Shown one piece after another: positions 43,339 to 53,589 of a stretch of DNA of 64,000 nt. This DNA is from Hadesarchaea archaeon (GTDB lineage: Archaea; Hadarchaeota; Hadarchaeia; Hadarchaeales; Hadarchaeaceae): positions 18,733-82,732 of the forward strand of contig JAPDJH010000002.1 of NCBI GenBank assembly GCA_029259175.1, given 5' to 3'. The notes beneath the pieces are model-generated. The model saw only the letters and a list, made by a program, of their open reading frames with translations. It ran no database searches and was not told the origin of the DNA. Both the position numbers and the translations under genes were made by a program. Position 1 is the first letter of the stretch, and the number at the start of each line of letters is the position of its first letter.

Positions 43339-44769
43339 ATGACGAAACTGGAATCACGTGCCGGTGGTGCCCAGCGCGCCTTAAGGCTCTCCATCCGGAC
43401 GAGCGAGGGGGAAAGAGACCCGGCGTTGCTTTACTTTGGGATCCAGCAACTGGGCAAGCCCTCGTTCCTGTTGCAGTCGGCCGCCGGTCCGGGTGAGAGC
43501 GCTCGCTACTCGGTAATAGGTTTTGACCCCTTGCTCTACATCCGGATTCAGCGTGGAAAAGTCGTCTTGGACGGAGATCCGGATTTCGTTGAGTTCGCGG
43601 AGAACCGAGTGGGCGACGGTGACTCCCTCTCCAAGCTTCAACGCGCCATGGGATTCGGAGAACTGCTGACCCCTTCCCCCGATCCCCGGTACGCCCTTTC
43701 CTGTGTCGGATACATCAGCTACGATTTTATCCGGGAGCTTGTGGATGTGGGCGACACGGCAGTGGATGACACCGCTCACCCCGTATTGGAGTTCATGCTC
43801 CCCTCACGCGTGATAGTGATAGACCACCTCTCGCACAAGACCCACTGGGTGCGCGTGGGTTTTGGAGATCAGAACGTGTCCGGTGGCTTGGACGAGATGG
43901 GCGCTTTCCAGCCGGTCTCACCCGGTGAGGTGTCCAGTCAGGGGTCTGTCAAACAGACGAACATAGGGCGTCGCGATTTCGAATCGGCAGTCCAGCGAGC
44001 CAAGGAGTACATACGGGCGGGCGATGTTATCCAAGTGGTTCTCTCCCGCCGCATCGAGCTGTCTCCCATGCCTGATCTGAGATATTTCTATTTGAACCTC
44101 ATCCGGATCAACCCCTCTCCGTACATGTTCTTCCTTGACTTTCCCGCGGCCCGCGTGGTCGGATCCAGTCCCGAGATTCTGGTGAGAGTGAAAGACCGAG
44201 AGGTGATCACACGCCCCATCGCTGGAACGCGGAGGCGGGGTAGAGACCCGGCGGACGAACACGCGATGGAGACGGATCTGCTCTCAGACGAGAAAGAAAA
44301 AGCTGAACACGTGATGCTGGTGGATCTCGGCCGCAACGACATCGGAAGAGTGTCAGAGTTCAACTCGGTGCGGGTAACGGAGTTCATGCGGGTGGAAAAA
44401 TACAGCCACGTGCAACACTTGGTGAGCAACGTGGTCGGACGCTTGCGTCCGGAATGCGACGCGTTCGATGCCTTGCGCGCAACATTTCCTGCTGGCACAG
44501 TTACCGGCGCACCCAAGGTTCGCGCAATGGAGATAATTGAGGAGCTGGAGCCAACGCGACGTGGCATTTATGCGGGGGCGGTCGGCTCCTTCAGCTACGG
44601 TGGCGACGCCGACCTTGCCATCACCATTCGAACCCTGGTGGCCGACGAAAGACGAGCCTTTATCCAGGCAGGCGCTGGCGTGGTGGCCGATTCGGTACCC
44701 TGGAAGGAGTACTATGAAACCGAAAACAAAGCTAGAGCGCTGCTCGTCGCTGCGGGGGTGGAGGAATGA
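43339..44769 (+). CDS. trpE: Anthranilate synthase component I
   Basis: Has LLSDEKEKAEHVMLVDLGRND, GTVTGAPK and GIYAGAVG. Confidence 0.95.
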   Translation: MTKLESRAGGAQRALRLSIRTSEGERDPALLYFGIQQLGKPSFLLQSAAGPGESARYSVIGFDPLLYIRIQRGKVVLDGDPDFVEFAENRVGDGDSLSKLQRAMGFGELLTPSPDPRYALSCVGYISYDFIRELVDVGDTAVDDTAHPVLEFMLPSRVIVIDHLSHKTHWVRVGFGDQNVSGGLDEMGAFQPVSPGEVSSQGSVKQTNIGRRDFESAVQRAKEYIRAGDVIQVVLSRRIELSPMPDLRYFYLNLIRINPSPYMFFLDFPAARVVGSSPEILVRVKDREVITRPIAGTRRRGRDPADEHAMETDLLSDEKEKAEHVMLVDLGRNDIGRVSEFNSVRVTEFMRVEKYSHVQHLVSNVVGRLRPECDAFDALRATFPAGTVTGAPKVRAMEIIEELEPTRRGIYAGAVGSFSYGGDADLAITIRTLVADERRAFIQAGAGVVADSVPWKEYYETENKARALLVAAGVEE

Positions 44770-45341
44770 GAGTGGTAGTGATAGACAACATAGACAGTTT
44801 CGTGTACAATTTGGTTCACTACCTTGGCGAACTCGGGGCACAGCCGGTGGTGTTTACCAATCGAGCCTCGTTGAAACAGATCGAGAAAGCGAAGCCGGAG
44901 CGAATAGTCATCTCTCCAGGGCCCAAGCGACCGGAAGACGCCAGGGTCTCTTTGGAGGTGGTCAGACGATTTGCTGGAGAGATCCCGATTTTGGGCGTCT
45001 GTTTAGGTCACCAAGTAATCGCATATGTATTTGGCGGACGCGTGGTTCAGGCCAAGCGTCTGATCCATGGCAAGGTCTCCAAGATCCGGCACAACGGCGA
45101 CCCCCTCTTCCGCAGCATCCCCAGCCCCTTCGAGGCCACTCGGTATCACTCTCTCGCTGTGGAGCGGAAGAGTCTTCCGCCAGAGCTCGAGATTATAGCC
45201 GAAACCGATGACGCCGATCGAGAGGTGATGGCCATCCGGCACCGCGCGTACCCCGTATTCGGCGTGCAGTTCCATCCCGAGTCAATTCTGACGAAGCACG
45301 GAAAACAGCTCCTTCGCAACTTCTTGGAGGTGAGCCGATGA
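44766..45341 (+). CDS. trpG: Anthranilate synthase component II (glutamine amidotransferase)
   Basis: Has GVCLGHQ and FGVQFHPES. Confidence 0.95.
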   Translation: MRVVVIDNIDSFVYNLVHYLGELGAQPVVFTNRASLKQIEKAKPERIVISPGPKRPEDARVSLEVVRRFAGEIPILGVCLGHQVIAYVFGGRVVQAKRLIHGKVSKIRHNGDPLFRSIPSPFEATRYHSLAVERKSLPPELEIIAETDDADREVMAIRHRAYPVFGVQFHPESILTKHGKQLLRNFLEVSR

Positions 45342-46393
45342 GCGAGTTCAAACCGATACTGGAGAAGATACTCACCCATCAAGATCTGTCAGAGCGGGAA
45401 GCGGCTTCTGCTATGCGTTTGCTGATGTCCGGCAAGCTCGAGCCCGTTCAGATAGCCGCTTTTCTCACAGCCATGCGGATGAAGGGCGAAACGATCGAGG
45501 AAATCACCGCATTCGCCAAGGTCATGCGGGAGTTTGCGTTACCTGTCCGCCCCAAGGTTCAGGGGGCGCTGGTGGACGTGTGCGGAACGGGAGGCGATTC
45601 TCTCAAAACTTTCAACATCAGCACGGCCGCGATGTTCGTGGCAGCAGGAGCGGGCGTGCGCATTGCCAAGCACGGAAACCGTTCGGTGACCAGCAAGAGC
45701 GGCAGTGCCGATGTGCTGGAGGCCCTTGGAGTGGTTATAGATCTTCCTCCTGCAGAGGTCGAGCGTTGCATCGAGAGCGTAGGGATAGGTTTCATGTTCG
45801 CTCCCCGGTATCACCCGGCGATGAAATACGCGACGCCCGTGCGCCGGCAAATCGGGATTCGGACGGTATTCAATATTCTGGGCCCTTTGACGAATCCTGC
45901 GGGAGCCACCGCTCAACTCATGGGAGTTTTTGATGGCGCACTCACAGAAAAACTAGCCTGGGTGCTGCACCGACTGGGCTGTGCGCGCGCCATGGTGGTC
46001 CACGGGCTCGACGGTTTGGACGAGCTGTCAACGATTGGAAAAACGCAGATCTCAGAACTGCGAGACGGCGAAGTGTCCACGCACGTGCTCAGACCCGAAG
46101 ATGTGGGCCTAAGCACGGCTTCCCCATCTCAGCTCGCGGGAGGAGACGCTCGCGAAAACGCCCGGCTGATACTCAAGGTGTTTCGGGGCGAACGTGGACC
46201 CAAACGAGATATCGTGGTCCTCAATGCAGCGGCTGCTATCTGCGTGGGAGGGCGAGCACAGGATTTGCGCGAAGGACTCGAGATAGCACAGGAGTCCATC
46301 GATTCAGGCGCGGCTTATCAAAAGCTTCGCGATTTTATCAAGGCAACGGGCGGCGATTTCGCCAAACTTCAGCAACTGGAGGATCAGCTATGA
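45338..46393 (+). CDS. trpD: Anthranilate phosphoribosyltransferase
   Basis: Has [26 protein letters not shown] and [10 protein letters not shown]. Confidence 0.95.
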   Translation: MSEFKPILEKILTHQDLSEREAASAMRLLMSGKLEPVQIAAFLTAMRMKGETIEEITAFAKVMREFALPVRPKVQGALVDVCGTGGDSLKTFNISTAAMFVAAGAGVRIAKHGNRSVTSKSGSADVLEALGVVIDLPPAEVERCIESVGIGFMFAPRYHPAMKYATPVRRQIGIRTVFNILGPLTNPAGATAQLMGVFDGALTEKLAWVLHRLGCARAMVVHGLDGLDELSTIGKTQISELRDGEVSTHVLRPEDVGLSTASPSQLAGGDARENARLILKVFRGERGPKRDIVVLNAAAAICVGGRAQDLREGLEIAQESIDSGAAYQKLRDFIKATGGDFAKLQQLEDQL

Positions 46394-47154
46394 ATATTTT
46401 GGACAGAATTGTGCGTGATGTTGAGCAGGAAGTGAAGAGAAGACTGGAGACACGCCCTTACGAGCACATAAGGCCACCGCGCCCTAAACTTAAGCTCTCT
46501 CGAGCCATTTCTGAGTCTCCCATTCTTATTGCCGAGGTCAAGCGGGCCTCACCATCGCTCGGGGGTATCCGGCCGAACGCCGATCCTCTCTCGCTGGCTG
46601 CGGAAATGGTGGACGGCGGTGCTGGAGCGCTCTCAGTTTTGACGGAGCGGATTCACTTCCAGGGGGACCCGCTGTTTCTTCACCGTCTTGCCAAGCACGT
46701 ACAGGTCCCTTTGTTGATGAAGGATTTCGTGATCCACCCGTACCAGCTCGAGGAGGCCTATCGCTTGGGAGCGGATGCTGTGTTGCTCATAGCGAGGGTT
46801 CTGGACGACCGTTTACCGGAGTTTGTGGACCGAACTCTCGAACTCGGGATGGAACCATTGGTGGAAGTGTTTGATGAGGCCGAGCTTCGTCGGGCCCTGC
46901 AGACGAGGGCGCAGCTCATCGGAATAAATAACCGCGACTTGGCGACCATGAGAATCGATCTCGGCAGGACCGAGCGTCTCGCCCCTCTGGTTCCCCAGGA
47001 CAGAGCGGTGATAAGCGAGAGCGGTATTGCGACTCCTGCAGATGTCAAGCGGGTGCTGCGTGCTGGGGCGAGAGCGGTTCTGGTGGGAACCGCTATAATG
47101 CGGGCCCCCGATATCAGGTTGAAAGTGCGAGAACTGGTGGAGGCGATTTCGTGA
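46390..47154 (+). CDS. trpC: Indole-3-glycerol phosphate synthase
   Basis: Has [26 protein letters not shown] and ISESGI. Confidence 0.95.
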   Translation: MNILDRIVRDVEQEVKRRLETRPYEHIRPPRPKLKLSRAISESPILIAEVKRASPSLGGIRPNADPLSLAAEMVDGGAGALSVLTERIHFQGDPLFLHRLAKHVQVPLLMKDFVIHPYQLEEAYRLGADAVLLIARVLDDRLPEFVDRTLELGMEPLVEVFDEAELRRALQTRAQLIGINNRDLATMRIDLGRTERLAPLVPQDRAVISESGIATPADVKRVLRAGARAVLVGTAIMRAPDIRLKVRELVEAIS

Positions 47155-47795
47155 TCATCAAGGTGTGTGGTTTCACACGATCCAGAGACGTCGAAAAAGC
47201 TTGTGAGCTGGGCGTCGACATGATCGGTGTGATCTTGGTGGAGGGATCGAAACGCCAAGTCGATGTGGATCAAGCGAGAAATCTTTTGTCGAGTGCAACA
47301 GCGAAAAAAGTTGTTGTCTGCAAGCCATCGAGCGTTGAAAATCTGCTGCTGCTGGAGCGGACGTTAGAGCCCGATTATTTTCAGCTCCATCCGAGCCTAT
47401 CAGTTCAGGAGCTCCAACGCGCTCGCGAGTCCCTTGACGCCGGGCTCATTCTTGTAGTTCCAGTCCCACCAGCTGGAGCCGAAGCGGAGCAACTGGTTGA
47501 GCAGGCAAAGGAGCTGGAGCCCTTGGCCGACTATCTGTTGATAGACACGAAAGGCCCTCATGGAGGCGGGACGGGGATCACGCACGATTGGTCCGTGAGC
47601 AGGCGGATCGTGGAGAGGTGTGACACGCCCGTTTTGCTTGCCGGGGGTCTGAACCCCTTCAACGTTGAGCAGGCGATCCGTACAGTCAGACCGGCGGGCG
47701 TAGATGTGGCGAGCGGGGTCGAGCAAGCACCCGGAATCAAAGACGAAGAACTCATGCGGGAGTTTGTTGAAAAAGCGCGTAAGGTGAGCGCGTGA
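47151..47795 (+). CDS. trpF: Phosphoribosylanthranilate isomerase
   Basis: Has IKVCGFT, QLHP, GGTG and LAGGL. Confidence 0.9.
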   Translation: MIIKVCGFTRSRDVEKACELGVDMIGVILVEGSKRQVDVDQARNLLSSATAKKVVVCKPSSVENLLLLERTLEPDYFQLHPSLSVQELQRARESLDAGLILVVPVPPAGAEAEQLVEQAKELEPLADYLLIDTKGPHGGGTGITHDWSVSRRIVERCDTPVLLAGGLNPFNVEQAIRTVRPAGVDVASGVEQAPGIKDEELMREFVEKARKVSA

Positions 47796-48961
47796 GGGGA
47801 CGGTACGGTCGTTTCGGTGGCCGCTATGTGAGCGAAGTGCTGATCCATGTGCTGGAGGAATTGGAGGAGGCATTTGAGCGCATTTATCCAACTCCAGAGT
47901 TTCAACAGGAATTTCACCATTTGCTGCGTACCTACGCTGGACGTCCAACGCCCCTTTACTATGCCCGAAGGCTAAGCGAGCGAACGGGACTCAAAATTTA
48001 CTTGAAAAGGGAGGACTTGGTCACGGGAGGATCCCACAAGCTCAACAACTCACTGGGTCAGGCCTTGCTGGCCAAGCGAATGGGCAAGCGAAGGATAATC
48101 ACCGAAACAGCGGCTGGACAGCACGGTCTTTCCGCCGCAATGGCCGGCAACGTGGTGGGCTTGGAGGTGGAGATCTTCATGGGTGTCAAGGACATGGAGC
48201 GGCAGGCTAGCAATGTCAAGCGGATGCGTCTGCTGGGGGCCAAGGTGACACCGGTGACCACGGGCACTGGCGTGTTGAAAGATGCGGTTTCGGACACCCT
48301 GCGGGAGTGGGCCAAGACGAGCCGTACAACGCACTACTTGATGGGCTCCGCTGTTGGCCCCGCCCCGTTCCCGGAGATAGTGGCGACCTTTCAGAGCGTT
48401 ATAGGGGAAGAGCTGAGACGCCAGATATTGGAGTTCGAGGGGCGCCTTCCGGATGCAATAGTTGCTTGTGGGAGCGGGGGGAGTAACGCCATAGGCGCCT
48501 TTCGCCCGTTCTTGTCGGATTCAGATGTGCGCCTCTACTTCATCGAGGGCGGCGGTGAGTCGCTGGATGCGGATAACAGTGCGGCGGCCTTTGTTCTCGG
48601 AAGACCCGGTGTTTTGCACGGGGCTCTGATGCAGATCATGCAAGACGAGGACGGACAGATAAAACCCTCCAAGACACGTGCAGCTGGGTTGAACTATCCA
48701 GGCCGTGGCCCGGAGATCTCGTACTTATGCGAAACGGGGAGGGTGAAGCCGGGGTACGCCTTTGATCGGGAGGTGTTCGAGGCTGTGAAGACCACCGCCG
48801 AGTGTGAGGGTCTGATTCCAGCACTCGAGACGGCGCACGCGATAGCGTACGTGCTGAATCACCCAGAAGAGTTCGATCGCGGCGAACTGGTGGTGATAAA
48901 CTTCTCGGGGCGCGGAGACAAGGACTTGGACGCTATCATGAGGTACTTCTATGAGGATTGA
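47792..48961 (+). CDS. trpB: Tryptophan synthase beta chain
   Basis: Has YLKREDL..GGSHKLNN, ETAAGQHG and GSGGSNAIG. Confidence 0.95.
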   Translation: MRGRYGRFGGRYVSEVLIHVLEELEEAFERIYPTPEFQQEFHHLLRTYAGRPTPLYYARRLSERTGLKIYLKREDLVTGGSHKLNNSLGQALLAKRMGKRRIITETAAGQHGLSAAMAGNVVGLEVEIFMGVKDMERQASNVKRMRLLGAKVTPVTTGTGVLKDAVSDTLREWAKTSRTTHYLMGSAVGPAPFPEIVATFQSVIGEELRRQILEFEGRLPDAIVACGSGGSNAIGAFRPFLSDSDVRLYFIEGGGESLDADNSAAAFVLGRPGVLHGALMQIMQDEDGQIKPSKTRAAGLNYPGRGPEISYLCETGRVKPGYAFDREVFEAVKTTAECEGLIPALETAHAIAYVLNHPEEFDRGELVVINFSGRGDKDLDAIMRYFYED

Positions 48962-49778
48962 ACGAAAGCTGCGACAGCTTCGGGAGCGCAGGGAAGGGGC
49001 TCTCATGCCCCACGTGTATTACGGCGATCCCACGCCAGAGTTCTCTTTCGAGCTTGTGCGAACTCTGGCCGCGAGCGGTGCGGATCTGCTGGAGGTGGGA
49101 GTACCGTTTTCGGATCCCATTGCCGACGGACCGGTGTTCACGGCGGCTTGTGAGCGGGCCCTTTCCAGAGGGATAAAACCACGCATGTGTATCGCAGCCA
49201 TAGAACGGCTGAGATCCGAGGGTATAGACCTGCCCGTGGTTGTGACCGCCTACTACAATATCGTGTACAACTGGGGAGTTGTGAGGTTCTGTGCAGATCT
49301 CCAAGCGGCTGGAGCGGACGGGATCATAGTGCCCGACCTGCCGGTGGAGGAATCGGAAGAGCTTTTGGAGGCTGCGAAAGACCGGGATCTCGACTTGATT
49401 TTTCAAGTGGCCCCCACAACTTCTGAGAGCCGGATCGACAAGGTGCTGAGAAAGGCTTCGGGCTTTGTCTATGTGATAAACGTCGAGGGGGTGACCGGCC
49501 CGCGCGGCGACATAGTCCCTTCCACTCTCCAGCTCATCAGCCGCGTGCGGGAGAGGACGTCGCTACCGCTGCTAGCTGGTTTTGGTGTTTCGTCCGCTGA
49601 TCACGCCCGGCTTTTGGTGGCCAACGGTGCAGACGGTGTGGTGGTCGGAAGCGCCATTGCCGAGATTTACTCAAAGAATCTCCGGAATCCGCACTCCACT
49701 CTAGAGCGAATCAGAAGCTTCGTATCGGAGTTGAAGGCCGCCTGTGTTCAAGGCATGCGCGAGCGAAAGAGGATATAA
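48951..49778 (+). CDS. trpA: Tryptophan synthase alpha chain
   Basis: Has LEVGVPFSDPIADGP and GFGVS...GADGVVVGSA. Confidence 0.95.
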   Translation: MRIERKLRQLRERREGALMPHVYYGDPTPEFSFELVRTLAASGADLLEVGVPFSDPIADGPVFTAACERALSRGIKPRMCIAAIERLRSEGIDLPVVVTAYYNIVYNWGVVRFCADLQAAGADGIIVPDLPVEESEELLEAAKDRDLDLIFQVAPTTSESRIDKVLRKASGFVYVINVEGVTGPRGDIVPSTLQLISRVRERTSLPLLAGFGVSSADHARLLVANGADGVVVGSAIAEIYSKNLRNPHSTLERIRSFVSELKAACVQGMRERKRI

Positions 49779-49786
49779 GCCGGCAG

Positions 49787-51334
49787 GTGTCCAGTATACT
49801 CGTGAAGCGCATCCGTTTGAGACTTAGACCCCTGGACATGGAAACCGGCCGCCACATAGTAGTGCTCCACGAGCGGGACTCCCAGCAGCTGGGCCACATG
49901 CCGGGAAGCCGGATCAGGATAGGAGCCAATGGAAGAGAGTACGTGATGATCGCCAACGTTAGCGGTCGTTTGGTCGAACCCGGGGAGCTGGGCACGTTCA
50001 TTGAGGCCACAGAGATTCTGGGATTGAAGCAGGGAGCGGAAGTGGAGGTCTCGCTTGCTCCGCAACCCGCTTCCATTTCAGCGATAAAGAAGAAGTTGCG
50101 CGGGGAAAGCCTCTCCGCCGAGGAAATTGGAACTATCGTCCGCGATATTGTTTCCAACAATCTTACGACTACCGAGCTAACGGCTTTTATCGTTGCACAG
50201 TACACCCGTGGAATGTCGATGGAGGAAATAGTTGCTCTAACACGGCACATGGTAGAAACCGGCGAGAAACTGGAGTTCGACACGAAACCCATTCTGGACG
50301 TCCACAGCATCGGCGGCGTTCCCGGAAACAAGTATGCCCTGCTGACCGTGCCCATTGTTTCAGCCGCCGGACTCAAAGTGCCGAAGACCAGCAGCAGGGC
50401 CATTACGAGCGCTGCGGGCACGGCGGATGTGATGGAGGTCTTGGCCCCCGTGGATCTGTCGCTGGAGGAAATCAAGCGAATAGTGAATCGTGTAGGGGCA
50501 GTGCTCGCGTGGGGGGGCGCCGTGCGACTTGCCCCCGCAGACGATATAATAATTCAGGTTGAACGCCATCTCGGCATAGACCCTCGTTGCCAGCTCTTGG
50601 CTAGCGTCATGTCCAAAAAATTGGCCGTGGGTGCTGATCGGGTCGTCATCGACATCCCCACAGGTCTCGGGGCCAAAGTCTGTACGCGCGAAGAAGCCCG
50701 CGAGCTTGCCCACGACTTCATCGAGCTGGCCCGACGCGTGGACGTGCAGATGGAGGTGGCGGTGACCTATGGCGGACAGCCCGTGGGCTACGCCGTGGGT
50801 CCAGCTCTCGAAGCAAAGGAAGCCCTCGAGGCGTTAAAAGGAGAGGGCCCGGGAAGTCTGATTGAGAAGGCCACGAGCCTCGCAGGCTTGATGCTTGAAC
50901 TCGGCGAGGTGGCCCCACCCGGGCTGGGCAAGCAAATGGCCAAGGACATCTTGAGATCAGGACGTGCTCTGGAGCAGTTGCGAAAAATTATCGAGGCCCA
51001 GGGCGGGGATCCAAAGATCGATTCAGGTGATCTCCCGATAGGACAGTACAAGCAAGTGATAGAATCTCCAGCCTCCGGATATGTGAAACGCGTCTACAAT
51101 GAGCGCATCAACGCCATAGCCCGAGCCGCTGGAGCGCCCATTGACAAAGGCGCAGGTGTTCGCATTCTCCTAAAAGAGGGGCGGAAGGTGGAACGCGGAG
51201 AACCTCTAGTAGAAATCTATGCCGAGCACGAGAACAAACTCGATGAGGCGATCGCGGTTGCCAAGCAAAACTTCCCGGTTCTGATCGAGGGGATGCTTTT
51301 GGAAAAACTCGCGCACCGCCCGCACCTAGAATGA
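49787..51334 (+). CDS. AMP phosphorylase (archaeal thymidine-phosphorylase-family enzyme with N-terminal extension)
   Basis: Has an N-terminal about 85-aa extension, then DVHSIGGVPGNK, TSSRAITSAAGTAD and SKKLA. Confidence 0.85.
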   Translation: MSSILVKRIRLRLRPLDMETGRHIVVLHERDSQQLGHMPGSRIRIGANGREYVMIANVSGRLVEPGELGTFIEATEILGLKQGAEVEVSLAPQPASISAIKKKLRGESLSAEEIGTIVRDIVSNNLTTTELTAFIVAQYTRGMSMEEIVALTRHMVETGEKLEFDTKPILDVHSIGGVPGNKYALLTVPIVSAAGLKVPKTSSRAITSAAGTADVMEVLAPVDLSLEEIKRIVNRVGAVLAWGGAVRLAPADDIIIQVERHLGIDPRCQLLASVMSKKLAVGADRVVIDIPTGLGAKVCTREEARELAHDFIELARRVDVQMEVAVTYGGQPVGYAVGPALEAKEALEALKGEGPGSLIEKATSLAGLMLELGEVAPPGLGKQMAKDILRSGRALEQLRKIIEAQGGDPKIDSGDLPIGQYKQVIESPASGYVKRVYNERINAIARAAGAPIDKGAGVRILLKEGRKVERGEPLVEIYAEHENKLDEAIAVAKQNFPVLIEGMLLEKLAHRPHLE

Positions 51335-51880
51335 TCAGAGAATGAAGACCGCAGCGGCCACGACGGTCGTCCACATCCCTTCCTTCACGAGCGCCGTCTG
51401 GGTGATGTTGGTAGTTCTGACTATCTTTCCCGAGATCTTCCATATCTGCTTTCTCTCATCCCAGCTTTTGTTTGGATCGAAGGGGAGCCCCAAGGAGCTC
51501 GCCAACATGGATGCTGCCAGATCCTCCGCGTACTCGCCCGCTTCCTTGGCTGTCTGACCGTATGCGTGGTGCTCACTGATGTAGCCAATGGTCTTCTTGT
51601 CGGCCGGTAGAGCACACCCGATGCTCGCCGATATCAGCCTTCGCCGCTCGTTGCTCGCACACCGCGACATCACCAAGAACACTATCTGACCATCGGACAG
51701 CATGGAGAGCGCTCTTTTTCTGGAGATGACCTTGCACCCCGGCGGCACTATGCTGGAGACCGGGACCAAGTTGAATCGGGCTATCCCGGCGTCCTCCAAG
51801 GCGTTCTCGAAAGATCTCAACATCTCTCTGTCGTGTCCCACACCCTTCGTTAGGAATAGATACTTGGGAACGAGGTTCAT
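51335..51880 (-). CDS. pdaD: Pyruvoyl-dependent arginine decarboxylase
   Basis: MNLVPKYLFLTKGVGH...NLVPVSSIVPP (the SS cleavage site region). Confidence 0.9.
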   Translation of the reverse strand: MNLVPKYLFLTKGVGHDREMLRSFENALEDAGIARFNLVPVSSIVPPGCKVISRKRALSMLSDGQIVFLVMSRCASNERRRLISASIGCALPADKKTIGYISEHHAYGQTAKEAGEYAEDLAASMLASSLGLPFDPNKSWDERKQIWKISGKIVRTTNITQTALVKEGMWTTVVAAAVFIL

Positions 51881-51889
51881 GCGAGTCCC

Positions 51890-53542
51890 TTATTCCTCTT
51901 CGCCGCCGCCCTCCTCTCCTCCGGGGGTCTCAGGGGACTTCGGGCCCTTCTCCTCCTTCTTGCTGGCCGCGATCACATCATCAATCCTCAGGATCATGAT
52001 GGCAGCTTCGCTGGCGGACTTGATGGCCTGCGTTTTGGTTCTTAGCGGCTCAAGAACTCCGAGCTTCTTCATGTCCACAATTTTTCCGTTGTACACGTCG
52101 ATTCCGTATGTCTTCCCATCCGGCTTTTCGTGCTTCGCCCTCAGCTCCACGAGCACATCGATCGCGTCTAGACCCGCGTTTTCCGCCAGAGTTTTCGGAA
52201 TGACCTCCACCGCGTTGGCGAAGGCGTTGATGGCCAGCGCTTCCTTACCGCCAACCTTCTGGGCGTAGTTTCTAAGCTCCTTTGCGAGCTCCACTTCCGG
52301 AGCTCCACCTCCCATCACTATCTTCCCGTCCTCGATGGCTGCGGCCACTACCGAGAGCGCATCGTGAAGCGCGCGCTCGACCTCGTCCACCACGTGCTCG
52401 CTCCCACCGCGAACGAGGATTCCAACCGCCTTGGGGTTCTTGCACTTTCTCACGAAAGTCATTTTGTCCTCTCCAATCCTCACTTCCTCCACAAGCCCGG
52501 CGGATCCCAAGTCCTCAGCAGTGAGCTCCTCCAAGTTGTTGACTATGCGCCCCCCGGTGGCTCTGGCCAGCTTCTCCATATCGGATTTCTTCGCCCGCCT
52601 CACCGCATAGATTCCGGCTTTTGCCAAGTAGTGCTGTGCGATGTCATCGATCCCCTTCTGGCAGATTACGACATTCGCTCCGGTGCTCACGATCTTGTCC
52701 ACCATTTCTTTCAGGATCTTTTCTTCTTCCTCGATGAACGCGCGGAGTTGAGAAGGATCAGAAATTCGGATCTCCGCATCGGTTTCCGTCTTTTTGATTT
52801 CGAGCGGAGCGTCGATCAACGCAATCTTAGCGTCCTTCACTCGCTTGGGCATACCCGGGTGCACGCGCTCTTTGTCGACGATCACTCCCTCTACGAGTTC
52901 CGAATCAAAAGTGCTCTTGCCCGGTTTTTTCTCCACACCGATATAGTCGATGTCTATCACATAGCGGTCTCCCACTTTGTCGGCGATCTGCTTGACCGCC
53001 TTCACCGCCAGCTCCGCCAAGTATTCGCGGGCGCTTTCGGCCTTCTTTCCCGTCATGGCTGTCATGGCGATTTGCTTGAGGGTTTCCTCGTCCTCGATAC
53101 TCACAGGGATAGCGACCTTGTTCAGAGTCTCCTGAGCCTTCTCGGCGGCCATCCGGTATCCAATCGCGATTATAGTGGGGTGAATGGCCTGATCGAGCAG
53201 TTTCTCGGCTTCCTTTAGGAGCTCCCCGCCGATCACCACCGCGGTTGTGGTTCCATCACCCACCAGATCATCCTGAGTTTTGGCAACCTCCACCATCATT
53301 TTTGCGGCTGGATGCTCTACCTCCATTTCCTTCAGAATGGTCACGCCGTCGTTTGTCACTATTACATCTCCCAGCGTGTCGACCAGCATCTTATCCATTC
53401 CACGGGGGCCGAGGGTGGTGCGAACAGCTTCGGCTATCACCCGGGCCGCCATGATGTTCATCCGCTGAGCATCACGCCCCACGGTCCGCCTCGTTCCCTC
53501 GGGCAGGATTAGAACTGGGCGTCCACCGAGTGTTGCACTCAT
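51890..53542 (-). CDS. ths: Thermosome subunit (group II chaperonin)
   Basis: Has [27 protein letters not shown] and VMGGGAPE, with a [10 protein letters not shown] tail. Confidence 0.97.
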   Translation of the reverse strand: MSATLGGRPVLILPEGTRRTVGRDAQRMNIMAARVIAEAVRTTLGPRGMDKMLVDTLGDVIVTNDGVTILKEMEVEHPAAKMMVEVAKTQDDLVGDGTTTAVVIGGELLKEAEKLLDQAIHPTIIAIGYRMAAEKAQETLNKVAIPVSIEDEETLKQIAMTAMTGKKAESAREYLAELAVKAVKQIADKVGDRYVIDIDYIGVEKKPGKSTFDSELVEGVIVDKERVHPGMPKRVKDAKIALIDAPLEIKKTETDAEIRISDPSQLRAFIEEEEKILKEMVDKIVSTGANVVICQKGIDDIAQHYLAKAGIYAVRRAKKSDMEKLARATGGRIVNNLEELTAEDLGSAGLVEEVRIGEDKMTFVRKCKNPKAVGILVRGGSEHVVDEVERALHDALSVVAAAIEDGKIVMGGGAPEVELAKELRNYAQKVGGKEALAINAFANAVEVIPKTLAENAGLDAIDVLVELRAKHEKPDGKTYGIDVYNGKIVDMKKLGVLEPLRTKTQAIKSASEAAIMILRIDDVIAASKKEEKGPKSPETPGGEEGGGEEE

Positions 53543-53589
53543 AGAAATTCACCTCTATTTGTGAAGATTTGGTCTCAGCCTTTTAAACT

